This document shows, piece after piece, positions 1 through 12,200 of a DNA stretch of 64,000 bases. The notes under the pieces were generated by a model, which did not search any database, was not told the DNA's origin, and saw only the letters and a list, made by a program, of their open reading frames with translations. The position numbers were made by a program, and so were the translations under genes. The DNA is taken from positions 156,054,001 to 156,118,000 of the forward strand of contig NW_027362765.1 of the NCBI RefSeq assembly GCF_046119375.1. The letters are read 5' to 3'. The first letter of the stretch is position 1. The number at the start of each line of letters is the position of its first letter. This stretch comes from Phyllobates terribilis (Eukaryota).

Positions 1-602
1 GAACGCCACCAGAACGGGACGTGATTATAGGTGTTTTTTTTTAACATTTACATTGAAAAGCAGTTGTCCTAGTAGTGAACAACCCTTTTAATTTTTCCTT
101 ATAGCATTTCTTATGCTATGTTCACACTGATTTTTTGAGTAGTTTTGTAGAGTGGATCCATTTCAAAATCCTCCTTAAAAAGGGCTTGGAAAACTTGTCC
201 TATTCATTTGTATGGGAAATCCATTCTAGTGTTCACGTGAAGAGATTTTTAAGAATTTTTTTTTCCTGAAGAGGTTTAGAAAAATGACGACTGCATGCAC
301 TGTCTTTTAAACTCTGGCGAAACAGATGAGTTTTTCAAGCATAAAATGCTACAGGAAACTGGACTTTTTTGTACCAGAAGCGTCTTTTGTGTCATATTTT
401 TGGGTCGCTTTCTGAGCTTTTCTAATGGTTTTGGCCACCAGTGTTTTTTTTTTATTTTAGGGCTTTTCCATGTTGTTTTTATGAAGTCTTTTTTACTGTC
501 GTGTTTAGATCAAGGCCTGGACCAACTGGTGAAGAGCATGCACACTGATGCTAATTGGAAATCTGTTGATCACTCGGGTTCTCATCCCAGAAAAAGCACC
601 TA

Positions 603-2130
603 CAGTGTGTATAAAAAAAAGTCTACAAACCCCACTTAAAATGTCAGCTTTTTTTCCTGTAAAAAAGTAATATCAAGAAGAACCATTTCAGATTTTTTTC
701 CACCTTTAGTCACTTGTAATCGGTATAAATCAATTGAAATAAAATTAAATCATTTGTAGGAGGAAAATGAAAAAAAAATGTGGTTACATAAGTGTGAACA
801 CGCTCTTATAATTGGAGATATGTTTGTGTTCAGAATTATCCAATCACATTTACACTCATGTTAAACAGTTGTCAATGCAGAGCTGCCATCATCTACAGTG
901 CTTTCGATTATCCCCATATAAAGTTTAGGATTTTCTTGATATTTTCCTAGTTGCAATTTACAGCAAAAAACATGGTCTGTAAACAGCTTACAACACAGCA
1001 AAGAGATCATATTGTTGAAATCTATTCACGATAATGGTACAAAAAAATTCCAAGGGATTAGATATACCATGGAGCACTGTGAAGATGTTTATCAAGAAGT
1101 GGATTAAATCTGGCACAACAGTGACATTACCTAGAACTGGACGTCCCTCAAAAACTAATGAAAAGACAAGAAGAAAATTAGTGTGAGAGGCTGCCAAGAG
1201 GCTTACAGCAACATTAAAGAAGCTTTGGGAATCTCAGTACTGGTTGTGTGCTACATGTGACAACAATCTCATCTATTCTTTATATGTCTGTACTGTGTTG
1301 TAGGGTGGCAAGAGAGAAGACTTTTCTTACAGAGAAAAAAATCCAATCCGCCTATGTTTTGCCAAAATCTACATAAACTCTGCAAAAAGCAAGTGGGAAA
1401 ATGTGTTATGGTCTGATGAGACCAAGGTTGAACTTTTTGGCAATCATTTCAAAAGGTATGTTTGGTGAAAAGCCTACACAGTGTATCATAAAAAGGACAC
1501 CATACCCATAATGAAGCATGGTGGAGGAAGCATTATATTTTGGGACTGTTTATCATCTGCTGGAACTGGGGATTTAGTCAAGGTGAGTGGAACTTCGAAT
1601 AATTCCTAATATCAGTCATTTTTGCATCAAATCCTTCAAGCCTGTGCTAAAAAGCTGAAGATGAATTTCACCTTTCAGTATGACAACGACCCTAAGCATA
1701 CCTCCAAATCAACAAAAAGATTAGTTTCGCCAGACGAAGATCAGAGTCTTAGAATTGCCTAACCAGAGCTCAGACCTGAATCCAATTGAAAATCTGTGGA
1801 TGACCTGAAGAGGGCGCTGTACACATGCCTTCGCAACCTGACAGATTTGGAGAGCAGCTGCAAAGTTGAGTGGGCAAACATTGCCAATTCTAGGTGGGCC
1901 ATGTACTTCAGCTAATATTAGTTTAAGGGTGTCAATATTTATGCACCACATTCTAGTTCTAAATTTTTCTTTTTCCAACCGAAACAATTTTAGTTTCTTT
2001 TTCAATTGAATTGTACATATTATGAGTGACATTAATGGTGGAAAAAGTTCTGAGATTATTATATGGTTGTTTTACATGACAAAAAAAACTGGCATTTTTA
2101 TAGGGGGTTATAGACTTTTTATATCCACTG
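603..2130 (+). mobile_element. Degenerate Tc1 DNA transposon
   Basis: TA-flanked TIRs CAGTG(T/G)...AAAAAGTCTA..ACCCC; fragments [32 protein letters not shown] with stops and frameshifts. Confidence 0.85.
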
Positions 2131-2677
2131 TATAGGGAGTTTGGGGGTAGTAGTTTACCCAGGCCCTGATGCCTGATGGGGACCAAAGGCCTTTTTGCCA
2201 TATAAAAACACTCCAGTATTAGAAATGGCATATAGTGAACGGGGCCCTTTTTGTGTTGGTGCCCAACACCTTCGAGTTAAGCCTCTATTTCCACTCCAGC
2301 CGCCTAGAGGTACAACTCGCACACTATAGCTCCATCTCATAGGTGCTTGCTGAATACTCCCAAAAGCTCCCAGAAAGTGTGTTCCAAGAGGCAGCTTCCA
2401 TGGAGGGTGAATGGAAGAAGCTGTGCAGGTGGCATGACGTGAAAAATAATTTCTAGGTTCCTATTTGGTGCCATGTACTTAGCTGTATTGCAGCTCTGCC
2501 CAACCTCAAAGTAATATGGCATCCATAGTGATTGGCTCTGTTGTACCTCCATATGCCAATTTCAAACCATGCCATGTTCTATCAGGCACAGAACTACGGA
2601 TTTGCATCACATACTGTAGTAATAGACACAGAATTTACACATGACTATTACATCCGCTTTCCTCGCTCTTTTCTTAG

Positions 2678-5600
2678 GTGTGCAAAGTTAGTTTTGGGCT
2701 ATGGCGCTCTCATCAATCTTTCATGCCATTATACTCGTGCCACCCCACTACATGTGGCTTCTTCTCGAGGTCTGGATGAACATGTGGCATTATACCTGAG
2801 CCTTGGTGCTGACCCATGTGCCCGTAATCGTGAAGGCGAGACACCTCTCAATTCAGCATGCGCCGCCTGTGAATCCCCCCAAGACCATGCTAGGTATTTG
2901 AGGTTGGCAGAAATGCTCCTGAAAGCCGGCGTGGATCCTGGGATGCCAGGGAAGAAAGGCCATGGACCCCTCCACAATGCCAGTGCCAATTGCCATCTTG
3001 AAATGGTGCAGTTGCTTCTGGACAATGGGGCATCTGTTAATGTGACAAACTGTGCTGGTTTCACGCCTCTGGACTGTGCATTACAGGTGTGCTTGGATTA
3101 TGAGTGCCAGCCACAGCAGTTGGTACAGACACTCCTTAATCACGGTGCTGAGCTCCCTAATATCAAGGTAAGTGAAAGCCATCATCCCCAAGGTTGATAT
3201 ATCCAGTATTATAGTTACTTTACTGAAATGATTAATGTGCAGTCCTATTGAAAATTGTAATATGCTGTGTGAAAGGACAATCTTAGCTCTGCTCCATCTG
3301 TGTACAAAGGCCAATGCCAAAACGCGCGTCGGGGTGGGCACCATGCTGCCTGGGCTCTCCTGATTATTCCACTGCAGTAAGTACAAATCATATCATTGTT
3401 TTATCACACCTCATATCTTGCCTTTTATTTAACATACTCTGTATATACTGTACCTGTGCACCTGACCTACACATGTCATAGATATACAGTGCAGCATACA
3501 TGTGTGTTGTGTATATATTCTGATTGCACGATTGCAGTACATATTTGTAATAATTATAGAATGTTTGTGTATATACCCATCTTTATATTAGGTCTATATG
3601 ATATGGGACCCCCTATTTTACTGTTGTATTTTTTCACTTGTTGATAATTTGCACGTGCACCTTTTCCTTGCTGCACGTTTGTTACCTTCCCGATTTTTTC
3701 AATAAAACTTAATTTTTATACTACTTTTGAATCTGGACTTTTGGTCGGTTTTTCCTCCTGTTTTTCAGTATTTTCTACCGACTGTTCAGGCTGCCAATAC
3801 TATCCCCACATACAGTGGGGAAAATAAGTATTTGATACAGTGTCGATTTTGCAAGTTTTGTAACCTACAAGAAATGGAGAGATCTGTAATTTTTATCGTA
3901 GGCACACTAACTGTGAGAGACAAAATCTTAATAAAAATTAAAAAAAATCACATTGTATGATTTTTACATAATTAATTTGCATTTTATTGCATGAAATAAG
4001 TATTTGACACAATAGAAAAACAGAACTTAATATTTGGTACAGAAACCTTTGTTTGCAGTTACAGAGGTCAGACGTTTCCTGTAGTTCTTAATCAACTTTT
4101 CACCAACTGCTGCAGGGATTTTGGCCCACTCCTCCAGACAGATCTTCTAGGTTTCAGGGCTGTCGCTGGGCAGCATTGAGTTTCAGATCTCTCCAAAGAT
4201 TTTCTATTGGGTTCAGGTCTGCAGACTGGCTATGCCACTCCAGGACCTTGAAATGCTTCTTATGGAGCCACTCCTTAGTTGCCCTGGCTGTGTGTTTCGG
4301 GTCATTGTCATGCTGGAAAACCCAGCCACGACCCATCTTCAATGCGCTTACTGAGGGAAGGAAGTTGCTGGCCAAAATCTTGTGATGCATGACCTCATCC
4401 ATCCTCCCATCAATATGGTGCAGTCGGTATGTCCCCTTTGCAGAAAAGCACCCCTAAAGTATGCGGTTTCCTCCACCATACTTCACGGTTGGGATGGTGT
4501 TCTTGGGGTTGTACTCATCCTTCTTCTTCATCCAAACACAGCGAGTGGAGTTGATACCAAAAATTTCTATTTTGGCCTCATCTGGCCACATGACCTTCTC
4601 CCATGCCTCCTCTGGCCACATGACCTTCTCCCATGCCTCCTCTGGATCATCCAGATAGTTATTGGCGAACTTCAAATGGGCCTGACAATGTGCGGGAGTG
4701 AGCAGGGGGACCTTGCAGGCTCTGCAGAATTTTAATCCATAACGGCATAGTGTGTTACTAACAGTAATGTTTGAGACCGTGGTCCAAGCTTTCTTCAGGT
4801 CATTGACCAGGTCCTCCGGTGTAGTTCTGGCTGATTCCTGACCTTTCTCAGAATCATCCTTACCCCAAGAGGCAAGATCTTGCATGGAGCCCCAGACCGA
4901 GAAAGACTGACAGTCGTCTTGTGTTTCTTCCATTTTCTAATAATTGTGCCAACAGTTATTACCTTCTCACCAAGCTGCTTGCTTATTGTCCTGTAGCCCA
5001 TCCCAGCCTTGTACAGGTCTACAATTTCGTCCCTGGTGTCCTTAGACAGCTCTATGGTCTTGGCCATGGTGGAGAGGTTGAAGTGTGATTGAGTGTGTGG
5101 ACAGGTGTCTTTTATACAGGTAGCAAGTTCAAACAGGGGCAATTATTACAGGTAATGAGTGCAGAGTAGGAGGGCTTCTTAAAGAAAAACTAACAGGTCT
5201 GTGAGAGCCAGAATTCTTGCTGGTTGGTAGGTGATCAAATATTTCTTTCATGCAATAAAATGCAAATGAATTATGTAAAAATCATACAATGTGATTTTCT
5301 GGTTTTTATTTTTAGATTTTGTCTCTTACAGGTGAAGTGTACCTACGATAAAAATTAGACCTCAATTTTTTGTAGGTGGGAAAACTTGGCTGTGTATCAA
5401 ATACTTATTTTCCCCACTGTAAGTTATAGTTTGACATTCTCATTTTAGGTCACACAAGTGCCTTATATTTTATTACCTCTATGTCATACCTTTTATGTGT
5501 TCCCTTGGTCTTCAGCCACCTGTGTTTGTAGTGTGGTGCCTTGAGGGTACAGCGCTTGGCTATCTCATGCAGTCCCGTAGACAATGGAGAGGTGGCATGA

Positions 5601-6287
5601 ATGGTGGACACTGGTCCATTATAATAGGGCATGTCATGGTTATTGGGGGTCCCAGTGATCAGCCCTGATAGGAATAACCTTTTAAACAGATCTAATAAAA
5701 AATAGTATCTTGTGAGTCTCATATCGATCATGTGCCCGCAGATGTGGCGATTCGGTGCCCCTTCACCTCTGGCCTTTGAAATCCTTCTCAACTCTTATGA
5801 CCGAATTCCACCAGGGGATTCTTGGGTACAATCTGTGCCCACTAAAACATGGGAGGTAAGGAATACACATTTTTTGTTTTTCTAATCTCCCCAATATCAG
5901 GCCGTGGAATCAAACACTTTGAAACAGCTTTTTGGAACATAAATCTTTGTGGAGTTTTCTCTGCACTAACATTTATGGTAAATCGTTAGGGTTCTTTGTC
6001 AATGTCCGCCACATTGGTCAGACTGCTGACCTAAGAATTATGGCCACGCAATGAGTATTCTTCTTGTGTCTCAGCCATTATGTCTTCTTCTTTGCTTTCA
6101 GATGCATCGCACATTTTACGAGTCCGTCCTGCAAGTTACAAATCAACCTCGTCGCCTTCAACATCTCGCCCGCTGCGCTGTGAGGAATATATATAAAGGG
6201 CAATGCCACAAAGCGATTGCACACCTAAGACTGCCAGCTACACTGACTGCATACCTCTTGCTGGTGCCAGAGGGCTTCATGCACTAA
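2678..6287 (+). CDS. ASB16: Ankyrin repeat and SOCS box protein 16, last three coding exons (2678-3167, 5742-5855, 6102-6287); 5' exons not found, probably upstream of the window
   Basis: Ankyrin repeats ([35 protein letters not shown]); middle exon [19 protein letters not shown]...WE; SOCS box [13 protein letters not shown]...[11 protein letters not shown]; AG/GT boundaries in phase (ttag|G, AAG|GTAAGT, gcag|ATG, GAG|GTAAG, tcag|ATG). Paralog choice (ASB16 vs ASB18) rests on synteny with TMUB2 and ATXN7L3. Confidence 0.88.
3290..3800 (+). mobile_element. Penelope-like pLTR relic with decayed hammerhead core (boundaries approximate)
   Basis: AAGGC-CAAT-GCC-AAAA-CGCGCG-TC-GGGG at ~3306-3334 (GAAA mutated to AAAA), followed by AT-rich sequence with AATAAA at ~3701. 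Confidence 0.4.
3813..5419 (-). mobile_element. Tc1 transposon, full length, frameshifted transposase
   Basis: TA|CAGTGGGGAAAATAAGTATTTGATAC TIRs at both ends; ORF pieces [47 protein letters not shown]; internal 30-bp duplication ([10 protein letters not shown] x2). Confidence 0.93.
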
Positions 6288-6320
6288 ACTGTGTCAACTA
6301 ATTACTGCTACACATTAAAC

Positions 6321-6339
6321 TGTCCACAAGGGGGCGCTG
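6321..6339 (+). promoter_or_regulatory. CTCF-like motif
   Basis: TGTCCACAAGGGGGCGCTG closely matches the CTCF core TGGCCACCAGGGGGCGCTA; lies 34 bp after the ASB16 stop. Confidence 0.5.
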
Positions 6340-9215
6340 AAAAACGTATTGGAGTCGGGGTAAGAGTCCAGTAGTTGCAGAAAATGTGCTCTCGTCTCTC
6401 ACCCCCAATGTGGACTTTTACAGAAGAGTGTGGGGTGAAGGGAGCACATCGATTACCCCACATAGGCCATGGCTTTAGAAATTGCCACTTGGGTTTGGGC
6501 ATTGCATACCTTCTACTTATTTTATCATAGTTGACTCCTGTTTAGCTTTGCTTTATAAAGGTACAGCTATGATGTTTACTGAATTCCACCTCTTGGTTAT
6601 TTCGAAACTCAAGCTGTCTCCCCCAAGCTTTACACTGCAGTTTATGAGTTCAGGTTGACTGCCGCAACCCCCTGAGAACGCTGTAGCCCCTAATCAGGTG
6701 CAGGGTACAATTTTTTTTGGATGGAGGGAGGCTGGAAAAACAGGCATTCCTCACATTTATTAAAGCTGTCAAACAGTCGCAAATCATGTTCACGGAGCGA
6801 CGAAATCTTAACCCCCGACCACGCTGAAGATAATAGGTGCTTGCCCGAGCACGCTCGTAAATCTCGAGCAACGAGCATGCTCGATCATCACTACTTACCA
6901 GTCTTCTGCAGGTTGTGACCTGCCGGATCGCTCCGTTGTTTGCTGGGTGAGCCAGAAGTCACAGCTCAATGTAAGTCTATGAGAGCCAGAATAAGGCAAG
7001 AACAAGGATCTCATAGACTTACACTGAGAGCTTGCGACCGTCACCTCCGACATCGGGTCAGTCAGAAGATGGCGGATCGGGGCCGGACCTGCGCCAGGAA
7101 GAGCAGAAGACAGCGGGTGAGTAGAAGACTAGCGTCAGGCAACATGCATTAGTGATACCGCTCCAACCGTGAAATAATATAAAACGCCAGGGTGGTGCTT
7201 TAAATCTCTCAAAGAGAAAACGCTGAATGAAATATACACCCCAAAACTACACAGACCGTAATGGACAACCGACTTATGTCCTATGGACTCAAACTCTTAC
7301 AGTAGAGGGCATGAAGCCCAGGACTCCAGATGGATCATGGAAAAATGTCTTCTTTTATCAGAACACACGCTCTCTAAAAGTACAGTGCAGGACAAGCAAC
7401 AAACTTATCTTACATGGAGCCCGTCTATTTAGTTGTAGGATTCCCATGCAGCGGATGTGGTATGGATACATCTGGTCATTAGAACTTATTTTCCTTTTAA
7501 AAAGCAAAAAACAGAATGTGACAGCGGCCATAAAGAGGAAAAATGGACGATTTTAGGGAGTCATTTGTACCGCAGAGAGGCGCCACTCTACAGCAAACAA
7601 GCATCGGCTTCATCCATCCACACAAGACAGTGACACAAGTCCCTATAGTACACGGAGGCCACATACAGAAAGTCTCTCACTCCATATATTGTTTATAACT
7701 TTATAAAACTTTTCATTTAATATTAAAACAAACTTTTTTTTATTTATAACTTAAAATAGAAAAGGTAAAAGTGAACATTGCCCCAGAGCAAGAACGCTGG
7801 AAAAATCCTTATTCACTGAGCCAGCTTCTCCAAGGAAGGCTGGAAGTAGAGGGGACAGATGTACAGCACCACTCTTATCCACAGGTGGTGCCTGGTACTG
7901 CAGTGTTCACTGATAGGAGACTGGACTGCAATACTAGATACCACCTATGGATAAGAGTGGCGCTGTTTCAAGTAAATGTTGACAGAGGCATTTGGTAGAA
8001 TCCCCAGTGTGAAGATACCATATTGCACAAAGATAAAGATTAGTAAAATGCAGACACAATTTGATCAGTTATCCCTAAAAAAATAAACCTTTGAATATGC
8101 ACCTATGATTTGTCCTGGGTGACAACGAATAAGGCAGGCCATAAGGGAAAGCCTGTAATGGGCAAGTCATTACCTAATCTGCCAGTAGTAGAAATCATGG
8201 ATCATTCCTACCAAAACAGCGCCATACTTGTCCACAGATTGTGTCTGGTATTGCAGCTCACACAAATTTCCCTCAATGAAGTTCAGTTGCAATACCAGAC
8301 ACAACCTGTGGACATGTGTGGCACTGTTGCTGAAAGAAAGCTCAGTCCTGCTCAACACTACTGACTGCCCCGGTCAGTAACACTAAGCAGATGATGTAGA
8401 TATGAGTGTGAATATCTATACTGCAGCTCTTGCTAGTAGTATGAGAAAATCCAGTTAACCAGTTGCTTCCTGTATGCAAATTAGATTTCAAGGGTCAGGT
8501 GGGCATGCCCTAATCAGGAAAGTGTCCCCGATTTTAATCTGTAAATTCTCCAACTCCTCCGATTTGCTCGAGTGATGGCTCTAGAGACGTGTGCCCACGT
8601 ATGTCACCGTGCCCACTACCCGCTGTACAGCACAATCACTGGATTCAGATTAGACATGGTTTATCACTAGAGTCAATGGGTAAAGGGAGGATTCAGAGGT
8701 GAAAACCAGGGACACTTTACTAGTTAAAGAATGGCCAGTGGAGACCTGGCATCAATGGAGCAAGCGGCACAGGACTGGTCAAAGAATCACCTTCTCATGG
8801 ACGCTACCAGGGCGGACATCTAGTATGTCTAGTCTTTCTACGTCACTTATCTTGCATGGGGTTACTGGCTGATAAATGTCCTTCAGAGAAGCTTTTATAG
8901 AAGCCACAGTATAGTGGTGGACATCCATCTTTCCTAAATAGAAATATTCAATGGAAAAAAAAATTGCTTGCATGATGGTGTCATTATTTGGAAGAATTGT
9001 TTTTTTGCCTGTAATGTCACAATAATGTAAAAACATCAGAGATATTGTAAAATAACTCATCACTTAAAATCCTTCCAAGGTGTCAGGTTCACCGCTTGCC
9101 CAGTGGCCCAAGCTATGGACAACATCAATCAACAGTAGTGTAAAAATGGCTTACACATCCCCGAAAGCCAAAGAATTAGAAATAATACACAATATATGGT
9201 CAACACTCCTATGTA

Positions 9216-12200
9216 TTAGCCATTTAAGCAGTTGTCCAGATGTTGATTGATCTTGGCTGGTAAGACTTTTGCTCCACACACCGGGCAGTTCACAGTCTCA
9301 CTCTGATTGTTGGATGTGGGGTTAGAGGATGAGGCACCATCTAAGACTATGACTGGTGCTTCCCTAAAGGAGTTGCCTCCAGGGAAACTGCTCTTTGAGG
9401 ATTCAGGGTCCAGGCGAGGTCTTTTTGGAGGTTGGTCTTGACTTTTATCATGGCTTGACCCCTGTGAGGTAGAAGGTGCACCCTGAGATGAGGTGGGCAC
9501 TGCAAACGAAAGCCTCTTCTGGGCTAAGCCATTGAGAGTCCCCAGCTGTGACCCAGATGATTTGCAATTGCTCCTGTCTTTTATAGGGAGTCTCATTGGG
9601 GATCCATTGATATTTTTGAACACTTTGGTGTTTGCCACAGACACTTTTGGCAGGGTGGGCCTGGGCTGGATGCTTTTGTTGGTAATGGAGGACAAGGCAC
9701 TGGTCTTCTGAACTGGCTTTACAGGAGAGTTTGATAAGGCTTTACTGGAGAAGGGTGGAACGGTATGCACCTTAACCATGACTGATACTTGACTGGACTC
9801 CCCGAGCTTGTAACCAGTGCCACTAAAAGGGAAAAATGACCGTATGTCACTTCCACCTGGTTTTTCTGCAAAGAAAAAGCACATAATTATGTCACATGGG
9901 CAAATATAGGAAATACATTAATGACAAGTATCGAAAAGATGTAGACCAGAGGTGCACAACCATTTTTGGTGGAAGTGCCAAATTATATCACTCCCAAGGG
10001 CTGAGGGCTATATCAATAGTACTATATATGCCATAATCTAATAAGTGGGGGTTTCATTTCTGTAACTTTCACTATTGTAGACAAAAAGGGTCCCCTGTCC
10101 CCCTATTTAGCACTATTGGAAAAATCAGTCAAGATGATTATAGACTCAATGCAGCCATCCCCATAGTATATGAGTTATTCAACACAGAGGAGTCAAGAGA
10201 TGGCTGGGGGCAGCACAGAGTGGCATCATGGCCCGCATGAGGCACCTGAGTCACAGGTTGTGCATTCCTGATCTACACATTCTTAAAAAAAATATAGATC
10301 TACAGTACAGACCAAACATTTGGACACACCTTCTCATTTAAAGATTTTTCTGTATTTTCACACTTTTTTGTTAAGTATATAATTCCACATGTGTTAATTC
10401 ATAGTTTTGATGCCTTCAGTGTGAATGTACAATTTTCATAGTCAGGAAAATACAGAAAAATCTTTAAATGAGAAGGTGTGTCCAAACTTTTGGCCTGTAC
10501 TGTAAGTCCAACCCTTACGGATACACTGTCATAGCATGGTCGTTTCCAATCAAGTCCCATGAGGCCTTCCTCAGGCATCTCATAGAGAAGTGCGGCCAGA
10601 TCACAGCCAAAATTATAGTTATATTTATCATGCAAATTGATGATTAGGATGTTGGAGAACCATAGATGCAAGTGTAAGGCCCAGGACAGGCTGCAGATTG
10701 TCTGTGTGCAGCAGCAAGCATGTCACATGCAGTGTGCAGACTTCAGCCACTGCAGGGAAGGGAAGAGGTGAAGGAAGGAAAGTATTCAGGAACAAAAGTA
10801 AGAACGTTTACGAATAGAATGAACAAGATGATAGGGAGAAAGTTCCCATGTGATTTCAGGACAAATCTCACAGTACCTTTCACTTCTGGGATATTACTAT
10901 GCTGTACTTCAGAGGAGCCTTCCTTCTTGTCTTTACCCGTTTTCTTATCTGGCTCCTTAACTTTTAAATATGTCCCTCCGCAAGTCCTCTGATGGTCAGC
11001 CCACCATGGATCGAGCTTGGATGGAGCTCTGTTCATTGCACGCTTCACATAGCCATAATAAGGAGGTCTTTTCTGACAAGGTCCATTGCAGAGCCACCAA
11101 TGTTTTCTGTATTCTTCTACTTCATCGTGGAAACTGTGAAAAACCTGATCATACAAAACAAGGAAAACATCCCCAAAAATGAAGGTACACATGTAACAAA
11201 CTTCATAAACAGCGGCATTGCCCTTATCAGAAAGTGAAAAAGTAATGAAACCATGCGCAAATAATGCTGCCATTCTGCACACACATACACCATATTGTCA
11301 GCGGTCTGTGTTGGTCTTGGGCAATAAAGTGGTAAAATGTACCATCATGGTGGTGGCACCTCATAAGACAGAAGAGTAAAGAGATGAGGCTATAACTCCC
11401 TGATTCCTTGTCTACACCCTGGCACTTACATACTGATGTGCTCATTTGGTAAACCATCTGAGGGGGGCGCTCTGCCATGCTTACCGATATCTTAGCACCA
11501 GTGAGACCATTTATACGATTCATGTGTTTGTGGAACTCCGGCCCGTGACCATCATGATCCTTATTGTTATCGGTGACAAACAGAAGGGCGTGAATCATCT
11601 CGTGGAGAAGCGTCTATGGTGGACACGGAAAGAAAAAAAAAAATTATAAAAGGCTTTATCAAGTGACCACAGTCCCCCAAAAAAGTCACAGACAGTCTCA
11701 TTTTTTGCATTATATTGGGGGATAAATGGCTGCATCCGTATAGGCTGCACACTGCTCCCATCTGCCCCAGGCTGGATCCTAATTGCCCTACAGATGTGTA
11801 ATCTTAGGCCCAGGAGACACATGTGCCACTTTTCGTTTCCCTCTGAAGAGGTCACTTTGTTGCTGGCAGATGGTTGCACACGATTTGATCAAACTGTGAC
11901 CAGCACATTGATGTTATAAGTATAATCTACATAGTGGAATAACAGAGAATGGATCCTGGAATGATGGTATAAATGGAGTGACGACGGTACACGGGCAGCC
12001 TAATGTGTAGTGACGACGGTACACGGGCAGCCTAATGTGTAGTGACGACGGTACACGTGTAGTATATAGAGTAACACACTTCAAGTGCAAATGTCAGCAG
12101 GATTGTGTTCAGTAAGCTACATATACTGTCAGGTGGGCGACATTACACTGATGAAAATGATACCTTGGTTGATGAAATCCGTCCTGTGGTTCTTGTGTAA

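Noticed and set aside
8779-9063. 94-aa ORF or possible extra SPRTN 3' exon (acceptor ~8934)
   Set aside because: SPRTN already terminates after its UBZ; no recognisable homology; splice evidence too weak.
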